A stretch of DNA of 64,000 bases, from NCBI GenBank assembly GCA_951406725.2, contig OX597835.1, positions 9,610,001 to 9,674,000 of the forward strand, in the 5' to 3' direction. Source of the DNA: Octopus vulgaris (lineage: Eukaryota). The position numbers and the translations under genes were made by a program. This document shows, in pieces, positions 51,387-64,000 of this stretch (the first letter of the stretch is position 1; every line of letters starts with the position of its first letter). Under the pieces are notes generated by a model, which was not told where the DNA came from, made no database searches, and was given only the letters and a program-made list of their open reading frames with translations.

Positions 51387-51724
51387 GCGTGTCTTTGTGC
51401 CTGTATATGTCCCCCATCACGGCTTGTCAACTGGTGTCATTGCGTTTATGATCCCGTATCATACAGACTTAGCGGTTCGGCAAAAGAACTGATAGAATGA
51501 GTACCAAACTTAGGAAAAAGAAGTGGGGTCCATTCACTCGAGTAAAGTTCCTCAAGGCGGAGCTTCAGCACGGCCCCAATCGAATGACTGAAACAAACGA
51601 AACATAACAGACAGGCCAGATATAAGACGGTGAGCTGGCAGAATCTTTAACATGCCGGGGAAAATGCATTATGGCATTTCGTCCGACTTTACGCTCTATA
51701 TTCAAATTTCTCCCAGGTTGACTT
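50198..51724. repeat. Inverted duplication, arms 50198-50816 and 51131-51724, spacer ~314 bp
   Basis: Arms contain the same SINE A head, SINE B copy and non-SINE linker sequence with shared private mutations. Confidence 0.95.
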
Positions 51725-51989
51725 TACCTTTTATCCTTTCGGGGTCGATAAAATAAGGAGTCGATGTAATCGACTTAGCCCTTCTCCTCGAAATATCTGG
51801 CATTGTGCCGTAACTTGAAACCGATGTTTGTCAAACATAATGAAGACAATGCTTGTAAGAATCCTTTGTTTAAAGACACATCATTTTGATTAGGGAGTTT
51901 AGTCGATTTCATTAATCCCAGAAATAAAATCGTAGTTATTTTATCGTCCCCGAAATGACAAAAGACATAATAATCTTCATCTTGATAAA

Positions 51990-52038
<49 letters not shown>

Positions 52039-52091
52039 TCAACTTTTGGCAGAAATTCAGTAATTCTGAAGGGCGGGACTTCGTTGATATC

Positions 52092-52324
52092 TATTTCTTT
52101 ACTACCCACAAGGGGATAAACACAGAGGGGACAAACAAGGACAGACAAACGGATTAAGTCGATTATATCGACCCCAGTGCGTAACTGGTACTTATTTAAT
52201 CGACCCCGAAAGGATGAAAGGCAAAGTCGACCTCGGCGGAATTTGAACTCAGAACGTAACAGCAGACGAAATACGGCTACGCATTTCGCCCGGTGTGCTA
52301 ACGTTTCTGCCAGCTTGCCGCCTA
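52092..52324 (-). mobile_element. Full-length SINE family A (tail 1) with 14 bp TSD
   Basis: TSD ACTTCGTTGATATC at 52078-52091 and 52325-52338; appears inserted in an older family A copy. Confidence 0.93.
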
Positions 52325-53698
52325 ACTTCGTTGATATCAACAGAATAACTTGATTCATCCTTTATTTCATCGACTCCGAGGATGGAAAACGATATAGATC
52401 TCGAAGCGAGAAGAGAAATGGAATAGTTATTATTATTATAAGTATTCCGAGGATTGTTAAAAACAAAATGGAGTCAAGACGAAGAAACCGACCACGGAAT
52501 GAAATTAGAACTTCCGGTCAGATCTCTCATACTTGAGAAAATACGCTACCAATACAATGAAAAACAAAAACAACTAAATTAAGGGAAAACATTCACGGAT
52601 TATCCTTTCTGTCCGTCTTTCAGTAGACACACACACACGCACACATACACGCAGGCACACACCACACACACAAACATACATGCCTTTGCGCTCGCACATA
52701 CGAATACACTCTTATGCCTGAAGTACCCGCATATCTACAGCCTTTCGATCAGTGTAGATATGATGCAATAAACTAGAAAGATGCAGAAAAAAGACTGGCA
52801 CACAATGAAACAAAAACAATAACAGTTTTGATAACGACCTCGTAGATCTTATCACGTGAAATAAATAGGATTATGCATGGACATGGATTTGATATGCCAT
52901 GTTCAGCTGTCAACATTCTTTCTTTCAATGAAAAGACAGATTTGTTAGTATAGAAACAGAAGGATAATACAATGTGATGTACACATGTAGTGGAAGGTAT
53001 CGTCAGGTGATTTGACCTTTCCAGCAATATGCTGATCATCAATGGGAGAACTTACCCTGACAAATTAATATGGACACGTTCCAAATAAAGCAGCGTTCAT
53101 TCTTCTTACATACAATCTTGCTTTCTTCTAGCTGTGGTGTGAGGACGAATTCATCTTTTCGAAACTAAAACCTTATCTAAGCGAAAGGTTAAATTTAAAC
53201 TTTAGAAAATTTCCTTTCTTTTAGATTAGGGATCTGTCATAAGCAGTTAAATTATTCTTTACAGCAAGGCATGCAAATTTATCGAAATTTATCATGAATT
53301 TCACGACCGTGACTTTATGATTTCAAAGATATTTCTATTCCTCAAACATTGGAAAATCTGACGAATACAAATGTCGAATTCGACAATTTTCAACGACAGA
53401 TTGTAAAGAAACTAAACCATTGTTTCATTTTAAACGCACACACACATACACAGAACCAGATGAGATAAAGTCAAACGGACTAATCTTGGGAATGCGCCTA
53501 TAATTTCGGCAAACGAATACCACAACCCTTTGAGTCTTTAAAAGAAAATTTTCATTAAAATTTTCTTTTCAACACAACTTTTAATTGAAATAATTGATTA
53601 TTAATTATATGCAACAAACAAAGTTTTAAATCACTGATGTTTTAAGAGGGGGGCATAAAGTTGATCTAACAGAGGACTTGAATGGTACATCGTTAGAG

Positions 53699-54395
53699 CA
53701 GTGTTTCTGGAATGGAGGGCCGCAAGATGTATTTAGGTCCACCTTGCATATTTTTACATGTAATTTACGGCTTCAAAACAATCCATATTATCGAATCAAT
53801 GACGAATGAAACGTCATTTTTCCATAATTTTGTTAAACATAACTTATATTAATAAAACGTACTCTATACTTTTTCTTTCTTTTACTTTTACTTATTTCAG
53901 TCATTTGACTGCGGCCATGCTGGAGCACCGCCTTTAGTCGAGCAAATCGACCCCGGGACTTATTCTTTGTAAGCCCAGTACTTATTCTATCGGTCTCTTT
54001 TGCCGAACCGCTAAGTGACAGGGACGTAAACACACCAGCATCGGTTGTCAAGCAATGCTAGGGGGACAAACACAGACACACAAACACACACACACATACA
54101 TATACATATATACGACAGGCTTCTTTCAGTTTCCGTCTACCAAATCCACTGACAAGGCATTGGTCGGCCCGGGGCTATAGCAGAAGACATTTGCCCAAGA
54201 TGCCACGCAGTGGGACTGAACCCGGAACCATGTGGCTGGTTAGCAAGCTACTTACCACACAGCCACTCCTGCGCCTATTCGTTCATATTTTAAAATTAAA
54301 AATAGTCGTGTTTCATATCGTTTGCGAAGTGCGGCAATAATTCTATATTTAGTTTCTAGTTAAGCACAAAGTAAAAAGAAAACAGAGAACCGCTG
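53699..54395. mobile_element. Possible old hAT (Charlie-like) MITE, interrupted by a SINE
   Basis: CAGTGTTTCT ... AGAACCGCTG ends; putative 8 bp TSD CGTTAGAG / CGTCTGAC matches only 5/8. Confidence 0.4.
53875..54276 (-). mobile_element. Full-length SINE family B
   Basis: Same structure as 21486-21902. Confidence 0.92.
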
Positions 54396-55166
54396 CGTCT
54401 GACACAACACTTTCTGATTTTAGTTGCTGCCCTATATCTTCTGAAATACAAATCTTATATTTCATCCTTCAAGCCACGAAAAAAAATCAAGTACCAGTCA
54501 TGTATTGGTGTGATTACCATCACTGTCATTGCAACGTCGATGCAACGTCTCGCTGTTTCAATTTTACACTCACGATATTAAGATTGTGGTTTCGATTCTT
54601 CGACCCTGTTGTGCCTTATGTGGTTGAGCAAAATATAACACTTCGTTTCACGTTGCTCGTCGATCCCCCGTGGCACACCTGTGGCACACCTGTGGAACAC
54701 CTGTGGGACTCGCTTTACAGATAATATCGATTAAATGGAAGGATAATATCATATATGGCATAAACACTAGATTCAAATAAACGAATCCTCTGTGCAGCTT
54801 GTTCAGCAAGAAGTTGCTGAGCCATTATTTGTCGTCTATGAGAAGAGTCCATATTTCATCAGAGACTTCAACCAAATTACAATGGATCAAAATAAAGGTG
54901 CAAAATAAAGAAATACTTTACGTTTGGTGGGATCCCATCATTGCGTGTAAGGGAACGAGAATAACTAATGCGAAGTCTTTTCTTCCAACTATTAACAATT
55001 CTGGCCTTCATCACCATTACCATATTTAGTGTGGATTTTTTTTTATCTTTATATTGATGGACAGATTTAACTGACCTGAAGTTAGTGGATTTTTTTGTCG
55101 AACCCTCTAACGAGTTTGTCATGCTACTTGCCTCTTTCGTCTTATTAATACTATTATCATTAATAG

Positions 55167-55378
55167 GGCAGCGAATTGGCAGAATCGTCAGCACGCTGGG
55201 TGGAATGTTTAGCGGCATTTCATCCGGCTTTACGTTCCGAGTTCAAATTCCACCGAGATCGACTTAACGTTTCATCCTTTCATGATCGACAAAATAAGCA
55301 TCCGTTGAATATTGGGGTCAGTTTAATTAACTAAACCCCGCCCTCAAACTAGCTGGCTTTGTACCAAAATTTGAAAAC
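55167..55378 (+). mobile_element. SINE family A (tail 3)
   Basis: GGCAGCGAATTGGCAG head, GAGTTCAAATTCC B box, CCAAAATTTGAAA tail. Confidence 0.8.
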
Positions 55379-55393
55379 AATAATATTATCTTT

Positions 55394-55399
55394 AATAAC

Positions 55400-55449
<50 letters not shown>

Positions 55450-55547
55450 TAATAATAATAGTAATAATAATGATGATGATAACAATAATAATAATAATAA
55501 TAATAATGATAATAATAATGATAATAATAATGATAATAATAATAATA

Positions 55548-55580
<33 letters not shown>

Positions 55581-55628
55581 TTAATGATAATAATAATAAT
55601 AATAATAATAATATGAATATGAATAATG

Positions 55629-55679
<51 letters not shown>

Positions 55680-55730
55680 TTAATAATAATAATAATAATA
55701 ATATTAATAATAATAATAATAATAATAATG

Positions 55731-55778
<48 letters not shown>

Positions 55779-55784
55779 TTAATG

Positions 55785-55817
<33 letters not shown>

Positions 55818-55832
55818 TGAATATGAATAATG

Positions 55833-55868
<36 letters not shown>

Positions 55869-55883
55869 TGAATATGAATAATG

Positions 55884-55961
<78 letters not shown>

Positions 55962-56044
55962 ATAATAATAATAATAATAATGATGATGATAATAATAATA
56001 ATAATAACAATAATAATAATAGTAATAATAATAATAATAATAAT
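55394..56044. repeat. ~650 bp interrupted (AAT)n array with recurring variant blocks
   Basis: AATATGAATATGAATAATGAT recurs near 55610, 55814 and 55865; explains the poly-I/L/N ORFs. Confidence 0.95.
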
Positions 56045-56346
56045 TTCCTTTGTTATAATCGTTAAACTCTCGCTTAATAATTGATCGTTTCTATTTGGTC
56101 GGTAAATGGTATTCGGTTGCGTGGAAGTAGATGACCTATTAATTGGCAACATGCAACGGAGCGTCTGCAGTTACTGGTTGGTTCTTCAATGAGAATACAA
56201 TGGACACGGCCAACAGAGACAGTGAGAGAAGGAGAGGATATATATGTGCGTATGTGTGTATGTGTATGCGTGTGAGTGTATGTGCATATCTGTGCGTGTG
56301 TATGTTTGTGAGTATGTCTGTGTGCCTCTGTAGAGAGGGTGAGAGA

Positions 56347-56370
56347 CAGAAAGAAAGAAAGAAAGAAATA

Positions 56371-56433
<63 letters not shown>

Positions 56434-56442
56434 GAAGGAATA

Positions 56443-56517
<75 letters not shown>

Positions 56518-56545
56518 GAAGAAAGAAAGAAAGAAAGGAAGAAAG
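56347..56545. repeat. (GAAA)n microsatellite
   Basis: Directly visible. Confidence 0.97.
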
Positions 56546-57066
56546 GAAGCAAAAAAAGAAAAAAGTAAACGAGAAAATCTGCTGAAGAAGAAATGAATAA
56601 AGAAACGAAGGACTAAAAAGACTAAGAACAAACAACGATTGTTTGATATGCAGACCTGGAATGCAAACGGGCGAATGTAGGCCATTGCTACTGATAAGAG
56701 GCAATGGACTGTTGCCTGAACGAAGATAGCAGGGAAATTCTGAGAGAAAACACGAGTCGCACCTTTGTCGCTGTAAATCATTTTGAAAAGAGCATTGATA
56801 AAAAGGTCGAGAAAACTCACAAAACCAGATTTCAAACAATTATACGCAGCACGACGGCTAACGAGTGGAAAATTTCCAAACGCGATGGGCATTGGCGTTA
56901 GAGATTAGAAGAAAAGTAAATGGGTGCAACAAAGAGGCGAAGGATAATGAGACAGTGCATGAGAGGAAGAGATGAAGAATTCGAGGATTATCTGGAGAAC
57001 GGGATGCAAAAGGACCTTTAGCGTCATAATGCTTTTTTACTATTTAAATTCCGAAGCCATCTAGAT

Positions 57067-58617
57067 TTTAACGTGTGTGCGTGTGTGTGTGTGTGTGCAT
57101 GAATGTGAGTGTGTGTAAATGAATGTGTGTGTGCATGAATGTGCGTGTGTGTACATGAATGTGTGTGTGCATGAATGTGTGTGTGTGTGTGCATGAATGT
57201 GCGTGTGTGTACATGAATGTGTGTGTGCATGAATGTGTGTGTGTGTGTGCATGAATGTGCGTGTGTGTACATGAATGTGTGTGTGCAAGAATGTGAGTGT
57301 GTGTGTGCGCACGTGAGTATGTGTGCGTGAGTTTTAAGCTTCATACATTTTTTTTTTCTGTTGGGCACCTTTGGCGAACTGCTATGTTGCAGGTACGTAA
57401 ACAAACTAACACCGGTTAGTGTTACTAGTCATGGCATACAAAGTATTGGGAGTAGACATTAATGAATGTGTGTGTGCATGAATGTGAGTGTGTGTGTGTG
57501 CGCACGCGTGTATGTGTGTGTGTGTGTGTGTGCATGAATGTGCGTGTGTGTAAATGAATGTGTGTGTGCATGAATGTGAGTGTGTGTGTGCGCACGCGTG
57601 TATGTCTGTGTGTGTGTGCATGAATGTGCGTGTGTGTACATGAATGTGTGTGTGTGTGTGTGTGTGCGCGCACGCGTGTATGTGTGTGTGTGTGTGCATG
57701 AATGTGAGTGTGTGTGTGTGCGCACGCGTGTATGTGTGTGTACATGAATGTGCGTGTGTGTAAATGAATGTGTGTGTGCAAGAATGTGAGTGCGTGTGCA
57801 AGTGCGCACGCGTGTATGTGCGTGTGTGTGTACATGAATGTGCGTGTGTGTAAATGAATGTGTGTGTGCATGAATGTGAGTGTGTGTGTGTGCGCACGCG
57901 TGTATGTGTGTGTGTGTGTGCATGAATGTGCGTGTGTGTAAATGAATGTGTGTGTGCCATGAATGTGAGTGTGTGTGTGTGCGCACGCGTGTATGTGTGT
58001 GTGTGTGCATGAATGTGAGTGTGTGTGTGTGCGCACGCGTGTATGTGTGTGTGTGTACATGAATGTGCGTGTGTGTAAATGAATGTGTGTGTGCAAGAAT
58101 GTGAGTGTGTGTGCAAGTGCGCACGCGTGTATGTGTGTGTGTGCGCATGAATGTGCGTGTGTGTAAATGAATGTGTGTGTGCATGAATGTGAGTGTGTGT
58201 GTGTGCGCACGCGTGTATCTGTGTGTGTGTGCATGAATGTGCGTGTGTGTAAATGAATGTGTGTGTGCAAGAATGTGAGTGTGTGTGTGCGCACGCATGT
58301 ATGTGTGTGTGTGTGTGCATGAATGTGCGTGTGTGTAAATGAATGTGTGTGTGCATGAATGTGAGTGCGTGTGTGTGTGCGCACGCGTGTATGTGTGTGT
58401 GTACATGAATGTGCGTGTGTGTAAATGAATGTGTGTGTGTGCATGAATGTGAGTGTGTGTGTGTGCGCACGCGATTATGTGTGCGTGTGTTTTAAGCTTC
58501 ATACATTTTTTTCTGTTGGACACCTTTGGCGAACTGCTATGTTGCAGGTACGTAAACAAACTAACACCGGTTAGTGTTACTAGACATGGCATACAAAGTA
58601 TTGGGAGTAGAAATTAA
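57067..58617. repeat. TG-derived minisatellite inside a two-unit tandem duplication
   Basis: Modules ATGAATGT, GCGCACGCGTGTA, GTAAATGAATG; a 130 bp unique segment is repeated at 57331-57462 and 58489-58617. Confidence 0.93.
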
Positions 58618-58701
58618 CGTGTGCTGTAGTGAAGTCATTTAGTTCCTACGTAGGAAATAAATATTGACGCTGGTATTTAGCTTAATTTCCTCTTTATCAT
58701 G

Positions 58702-58733
<32 letters not shown>

Positions 58734-58803
58734 TGTATGTATGTATGTATGTATGTATGTATGTATGTATGTATGTATATATATATGTATGAATGTATGT
58801 ATG

Positions 58804-58835
<32 letters not shown>

Positions 58836-59114
58836 TCCTTTATCTATTATCTTTTACTTGTTTTAGTCATTTGACAGCGGCCTTGCTGGGGCACCACTTT
58901 GAAGGGTTTTAGTCGAACAAATCGACTCTCGACCCTAGGACTTAATTTCTGAAGCTTAGTATTTATTCTATCTGTTCTTTGGCTGAACCGCTAAGTTACG
59001 GCGACTTTGAACCACTAACACCGGTTGTTAACCAGTAGCAGAGACAAACACAAAAAACAGACAGTCACACACATATCATGTACACAAAAACACACATACA
59101 CACAAAATACATAC

Positions 59115-59181
<67 letters not shown>

Positions 59182-59188
<7 letters not shown>

Positions 59189-59395
59189 GTCTGTGGAGAG
59201 TCAATCTCTTCAATACCTTATTATTTAACACCCTCACCGGTAAAGTTTCCCGCTTATTTACTAATTTATTTTTCCTAAATAAATGAATGGAAGCTTTATC
59301 AATGAGCGTGTTAAATAATAAGGCACTAAAAGAGAATCACTCCCCTTAGACACAACCAAATATGCTTCAACAAAAGAACTCACATAAAGAATATT
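59182..59395. mobile_element. Two family P3 fragments in inverted orientation
   Basis: TTGTGTCT..GAG..CCTTATTATTTAACAC versus GTGTTAAATAATAAGG..CTC..AGACACAA; both resemble 25050-25203. Confidence 0.65.
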
Positions 59396-59581
59396 GCCAT
59401 AGATCGTTAGCCACTACACACATTTTTTTTCTCTCCTTGTTTTTTTTTCTGTGTCCCTTTCCGTAGAAGAGCGTAGGCTCGAAACGTAAAAGACTTTTTC
59501 TATTCCTGAGCGTAATACTAATACATTTGTTTGTTTGTACACCACCTGTCTTCGTCTTTTGTTTATTTTCGTAAACTTGTC

Positions 59582-59586
<5 letters not shown>
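59395..59586 (+). mobile_element. Family P2 element with hammerhead motif at ~59457-59492 (core CCGUAGA)
   Basis: CUUU-CCGUAGA-A-GAGC-guag-GCUC-GAAA-CG-UA|AAAG; ends at (TA)n. Confidence 0.85.
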
Positions 59587-59617
<31 letters not shown>

Positions 59618-60325
59618 GACTGGTTTCTTTCTAAGAAATCCACTAAGCAACATTTGGATGGCCCGAGGCTACAGGAGATATCACCTGCTTTAAGATGCCA
59701 TGCAGTGGTACTGAATCTGGAACCAAGTGATTAAAAAAACAAGCTTCTTACCATTCGTATACGCCTGTCTGTCTGTCTGACTGGCTGGCCAGCTGTATAT
59801 GACACACAGTTTCATATACAGTTCCATATACTAAACTCGTAAGGTGTTGCTTGGTTCGGGGCCGCATTAGTAAATACTTTCTCAACTTGCCTTACAATGG
59901 ACCGAACCCAAAGCCAGGTGATTGCACAGCTAGCCTCTTCACCACAGACACACATGCCCTGACATATAAATAAATATTCATTCATATATACACATATATA
60001 CGTGCATGCGCGTGGCAGTGTTTAGATGCTGCACGGAATTACGCACTGTTTCTATGAATGAAATTTAACGTAGACGATATCGCATACACCGTCGCTACGG
60101 TGAAAGAAGCTGGTTCAAACTGCCACGTCGCGAGATCGATCCAGAAACCCTTCACTACACAGATCAGCCTGTATATATATATATATTCATGATACAGCAC
60201 AATCAATGAATTGCACCTAATTCTTCAACCGCGAAGCAGTGTTTTGTCTATCGCATATTAATCGATATATACTGTCTAAACTTTCAGACCTGTTTTTTGT
60301 ATTTGTAAATATATATATATCTGTA

Positions 60326-60401
<76 letters not shown>

Positions 60402-60403
60402 CA

Positions 60404-60448
<45 letters not shown>

Positions 60449-60478
60449 CACACACACATATATATATATATATATATT

Positions 60479-60531
<53 letters not shown>

Positions 60532-60532
60532 T

Positions 60533-60565
<33 letters not shown>

Positions 60566-60601
60566 GTATGTATGTATATATATAATATATATATATGTAT
60601 G

Positions 60602-60648
<47 letters not shown>

Positions 60649-60999
60649 GTATATATATATATGTATGTATGTATGTATTTATGTATGTATGTATGTATGT
60701 ATGTATGTGTGTATGTATGTGTATGTATATGCAGTGTACCCCCTCGGGCTGAACGGAACCAGTGTGTTGGTTATTATGAATAAAGGTCTAAAGCTTGAAA
60801 TAGAGACTTCTGAAAACCAGCAGAGCGTGGAGAATAATCAATAGGTTCTTTAGCACCGGAGCTCCGGCATTATTCATCCAGAAACTAAAGTTAGTTGCTT
60901 CTATTTAAAGATAACTGCTTGAAAAGATAATTTTTTCTACCGGAATCGGAATATATATATATATTACTGTAATTAACAACAACAGTTTCTAGCATGTCT

Positions 61000-61051
61000 A
61001 ATAATAATGAGGAGGAGGAGGAGGATAATGATGATGATGATGATGATGATG

Positions 61052-61117
<66 letters not shown>

Positions 61118-61160
61118 GAAGAAGAAGAAGAAGAAGAAGAAGAAGAAGAAGAAGAAGAAG

Positions 61161-61192
<32 letters not shown>

Positions 61193-61207
61193 GAAGAAGA
61201 AGAAGAA
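61000..61207. repeat. Compound (GAG)(GAT)(AAT)(GAA) trinucleotide array
   Basis: Directly visible. Confidence 0.95.
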
Positions 61208-61758
61208 ACGCCCTGGTGTAGTACCAGGCAGTGGCTTTCATGTCTTCTGACCTTAACTGATTGGAAGTGTTATCATGTACATTGTTTTGTCTTGGTATAA
61301 AAGATGGGCTACAGCAAATATTCTGCTCAATACCACAGATTTGCTTGTCAGTTGTTTGACCTTAACCAGTTGAGCATGTCCCTCAGTGGCTGCCGATATG
61401 TGCATCTCTGATCATGAGCAGAAGTAGTGGGGAGCATCATAGCCATGTGTTGAGGGGAATTTTTGAGGTTTTGGATAATTCATCTTTGAAAACATGGGTC
61501 TTTCGTTCAATATCTTGAAACAACCCTTATTCAGGGACCTTTTGAGCGAGATGAGCTTCTCAACCTGAAGGAGATTCTAACTGGGCCCCACCTGCAAGGT
61601 CATGCGTTGTTTATTTTGATATGAGATCACCATGTCGCACATATATGGTTGTGATGCATGTGCCTGGTGTACCCTTATCAGACAGTCATGATGGTCATAC
61701 TGGGCTTCGTACATTTAACCCCAGTTTCCCTTTGATGGCATGCACTGCTCCCTCACTC
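61208..61758 (+). mobile_element. E550 element, copy 2 (longest 5' end)
   Basis: Collinear with 1934-2479; same 3' end CTCACTC-AAT. Confidence 0.85.
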
Positions 61759-63157
61759 AATATTATTGATGATGATGATGATGATGATGATTTCAAGTTC
61801 TACCACAAGGACAGCAGGTTCGGGTGAGGCGGTAATTGGATTACATTAACCCTAGTGCTATCTTAGACTACCGCTGTTGGAAGGACGCAAGATAATGTCT
61901 GCTACGATGAAATTTGAACTCAGATTGTGAAAACGGACGAAATGCAGCTAAACATTTTCACATGCTGTGTCTGGCTTCTCCTTTGTACCGACAATTTCCA
62001 TAATTTATTCTTCTTAGTCATCTTCTTTTGCTGTGCATCAACCCCTTGAATGGTATTTACTCTCCTATGTTTGGCAGCCGACTGGTCTACTTCAGAGGCT
62101 AAGGTTTAAGGACTTCCTATCAGCACCTTCTTCACAACACGGTCCTTGTATTGTTTTGTATCTTTTATTCCACCCGACCAGGCACCAGCAAATACTACAT
62201 CTGCATTGGTCACTGCCAGTATTGGATCACGAAGATGAAAACTAAACAGGGCTCGACATAGCTATCGATAATCCTGACAGTCCCCTTTGAGTTCTCTCTT
62301 CCAAAATACTGCGAAACAAATTATCGGAAATCTCTCGTACTTAAAACTTCAGTTCGCACTTTCGTCCCTCCTTGTTTTAAATGCGACTTTCCAATAAAGG
62401 ATAGTTGCCTTAAAATATTTGCAAGAGCTGTCTCTAAATCTTAACTTCCATTAAGCAAAATTCTCTTCTGTCCATGGCACGACATAGACAACTGATCTTT
62501 CCTTCTATTGCGCGCTTCTTTCTCGGATTGTCGAAGTTTTATGTTGGCCCTGTGTACAAAATACTGTCAAGCTTCAAGACTGTCAGCAAAATGTTCCATA
62601 TCAGGTTGTTACTGTTTTTTAAATGCAGAATAGTCTTTTTATTTTTTTCATGTATAAGGTCAATGGAATACCTGAATGCTTTCTGCTGTTGTTATCCCCT
62701 CAAAAATGATATAGTACGTTTTTTTATTTTTCTGAGCTGTTCTTTTATTTCATTTTCCACTATTTTCCTTTGGCTTGTGGGGTTATTTTATTCCTTATTG
62801 TAATCTTTCTGAGAGAGAAACAGAAGAAGCCATGTTTACCTTACCATTAAATGACAGAATAAAAATGAGGATACTTTTTGTATTGTTTTTTTTTTTTTAG
62901 ATATGAGCAGGCCTACTACAGCATTCAATAACAGATCCCTGAATGAAATAAAACCCCAAATAAAAATTCTTTCTGTCAGCTAAATGTTCTAAATCATCGA
63001 GTAAACAAGAAACCAGATTTTTTATTTCCCTTCTGAAGAGATGTCAGCAGTAAATATTACTACTATTACTACTACTACTACTACTAATAATAATAATAAT
63101 AATAATAATAACAATAATAACAACAACAACAACAATAATAATAAAATAATAATAGTA

Positions 63158-64000
<843 letters not shown>

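Larger units (their letters stand above)
58845..59765 (-). mobile_element. Degenerate SINE family B with P3 and P2 elements nested in its internal (TA)n
   Basis: Tail 58845-59060 and head 59615-59765 flank the inserts. Confidence 0.7.

Noticed and set aside
54661-54709. GTGGCACACCT-type short tandem repeat as CRISPR-like or E-box array
   Set aside because: About 3.5 adjacent units with no spacers, next to a decayed SINE; no cas genes and a eukaryotic context.
55327-56892. Poly-L/I/N and FLSF-repeat ORFs
   Set aside because: Translations of (AAT)n and (GAAA)n microsatellites.
57406-58592. Long His/Thr-rich ORFs (339-377 aa)
   Set aside because: Open in all three minus frames because the CA-type minisatellite lacks stop codons; not coding evidence.
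61980-62810. Possible decayed LINE coding sequence (also 44480-45000 and 46560-46900)
   Set aside because: Composition is suggestive but I could not recover a diagnostic protein motif; needs blastx.

Overview
A 64 kb AT-rich, microsatellite-saturated eukaryotic window with no intact protein-coding gene. Almost all ORFs in the track are translations of simple repeats or SINEs. The repeat content (tRNA-derived SINEs with internal TA/TG microsatellites, TAA-targeting R4/Dong LINE remnants, RTE, mariner) points to an octopus or other coleoid cephalopod intron or intergenic region; this is inference. Supported features: four SINE head types with swapped tails; two R4/Dong LINE 3' remnants and a non-coding ~550 bp element, all in (TAA)n; an RTE 3' end with a TSD; mariner and DD37D remnants; piggyBac-, pogo- and hAT-like MITEs; a Helitron-like 5' end; and several local direct and inverted duplications. 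Most notable: (1) several short (TA)n-inserted elements carry type I hammerhead ribozyme motifs of the Penelope-like kind, and one family has a fixed non-canonical CUGUNGA (A6U) core; (2) a textbook recursive-splice-site motif (Y17-GCAG|GTAAGT) lies on the minus strand at 48921/48920; (3) a ~600 bp inverted templated insertion splits a SINE at 50.2-51.7 kb. All alignments and folds were done by eye, so boundaries are approximate.
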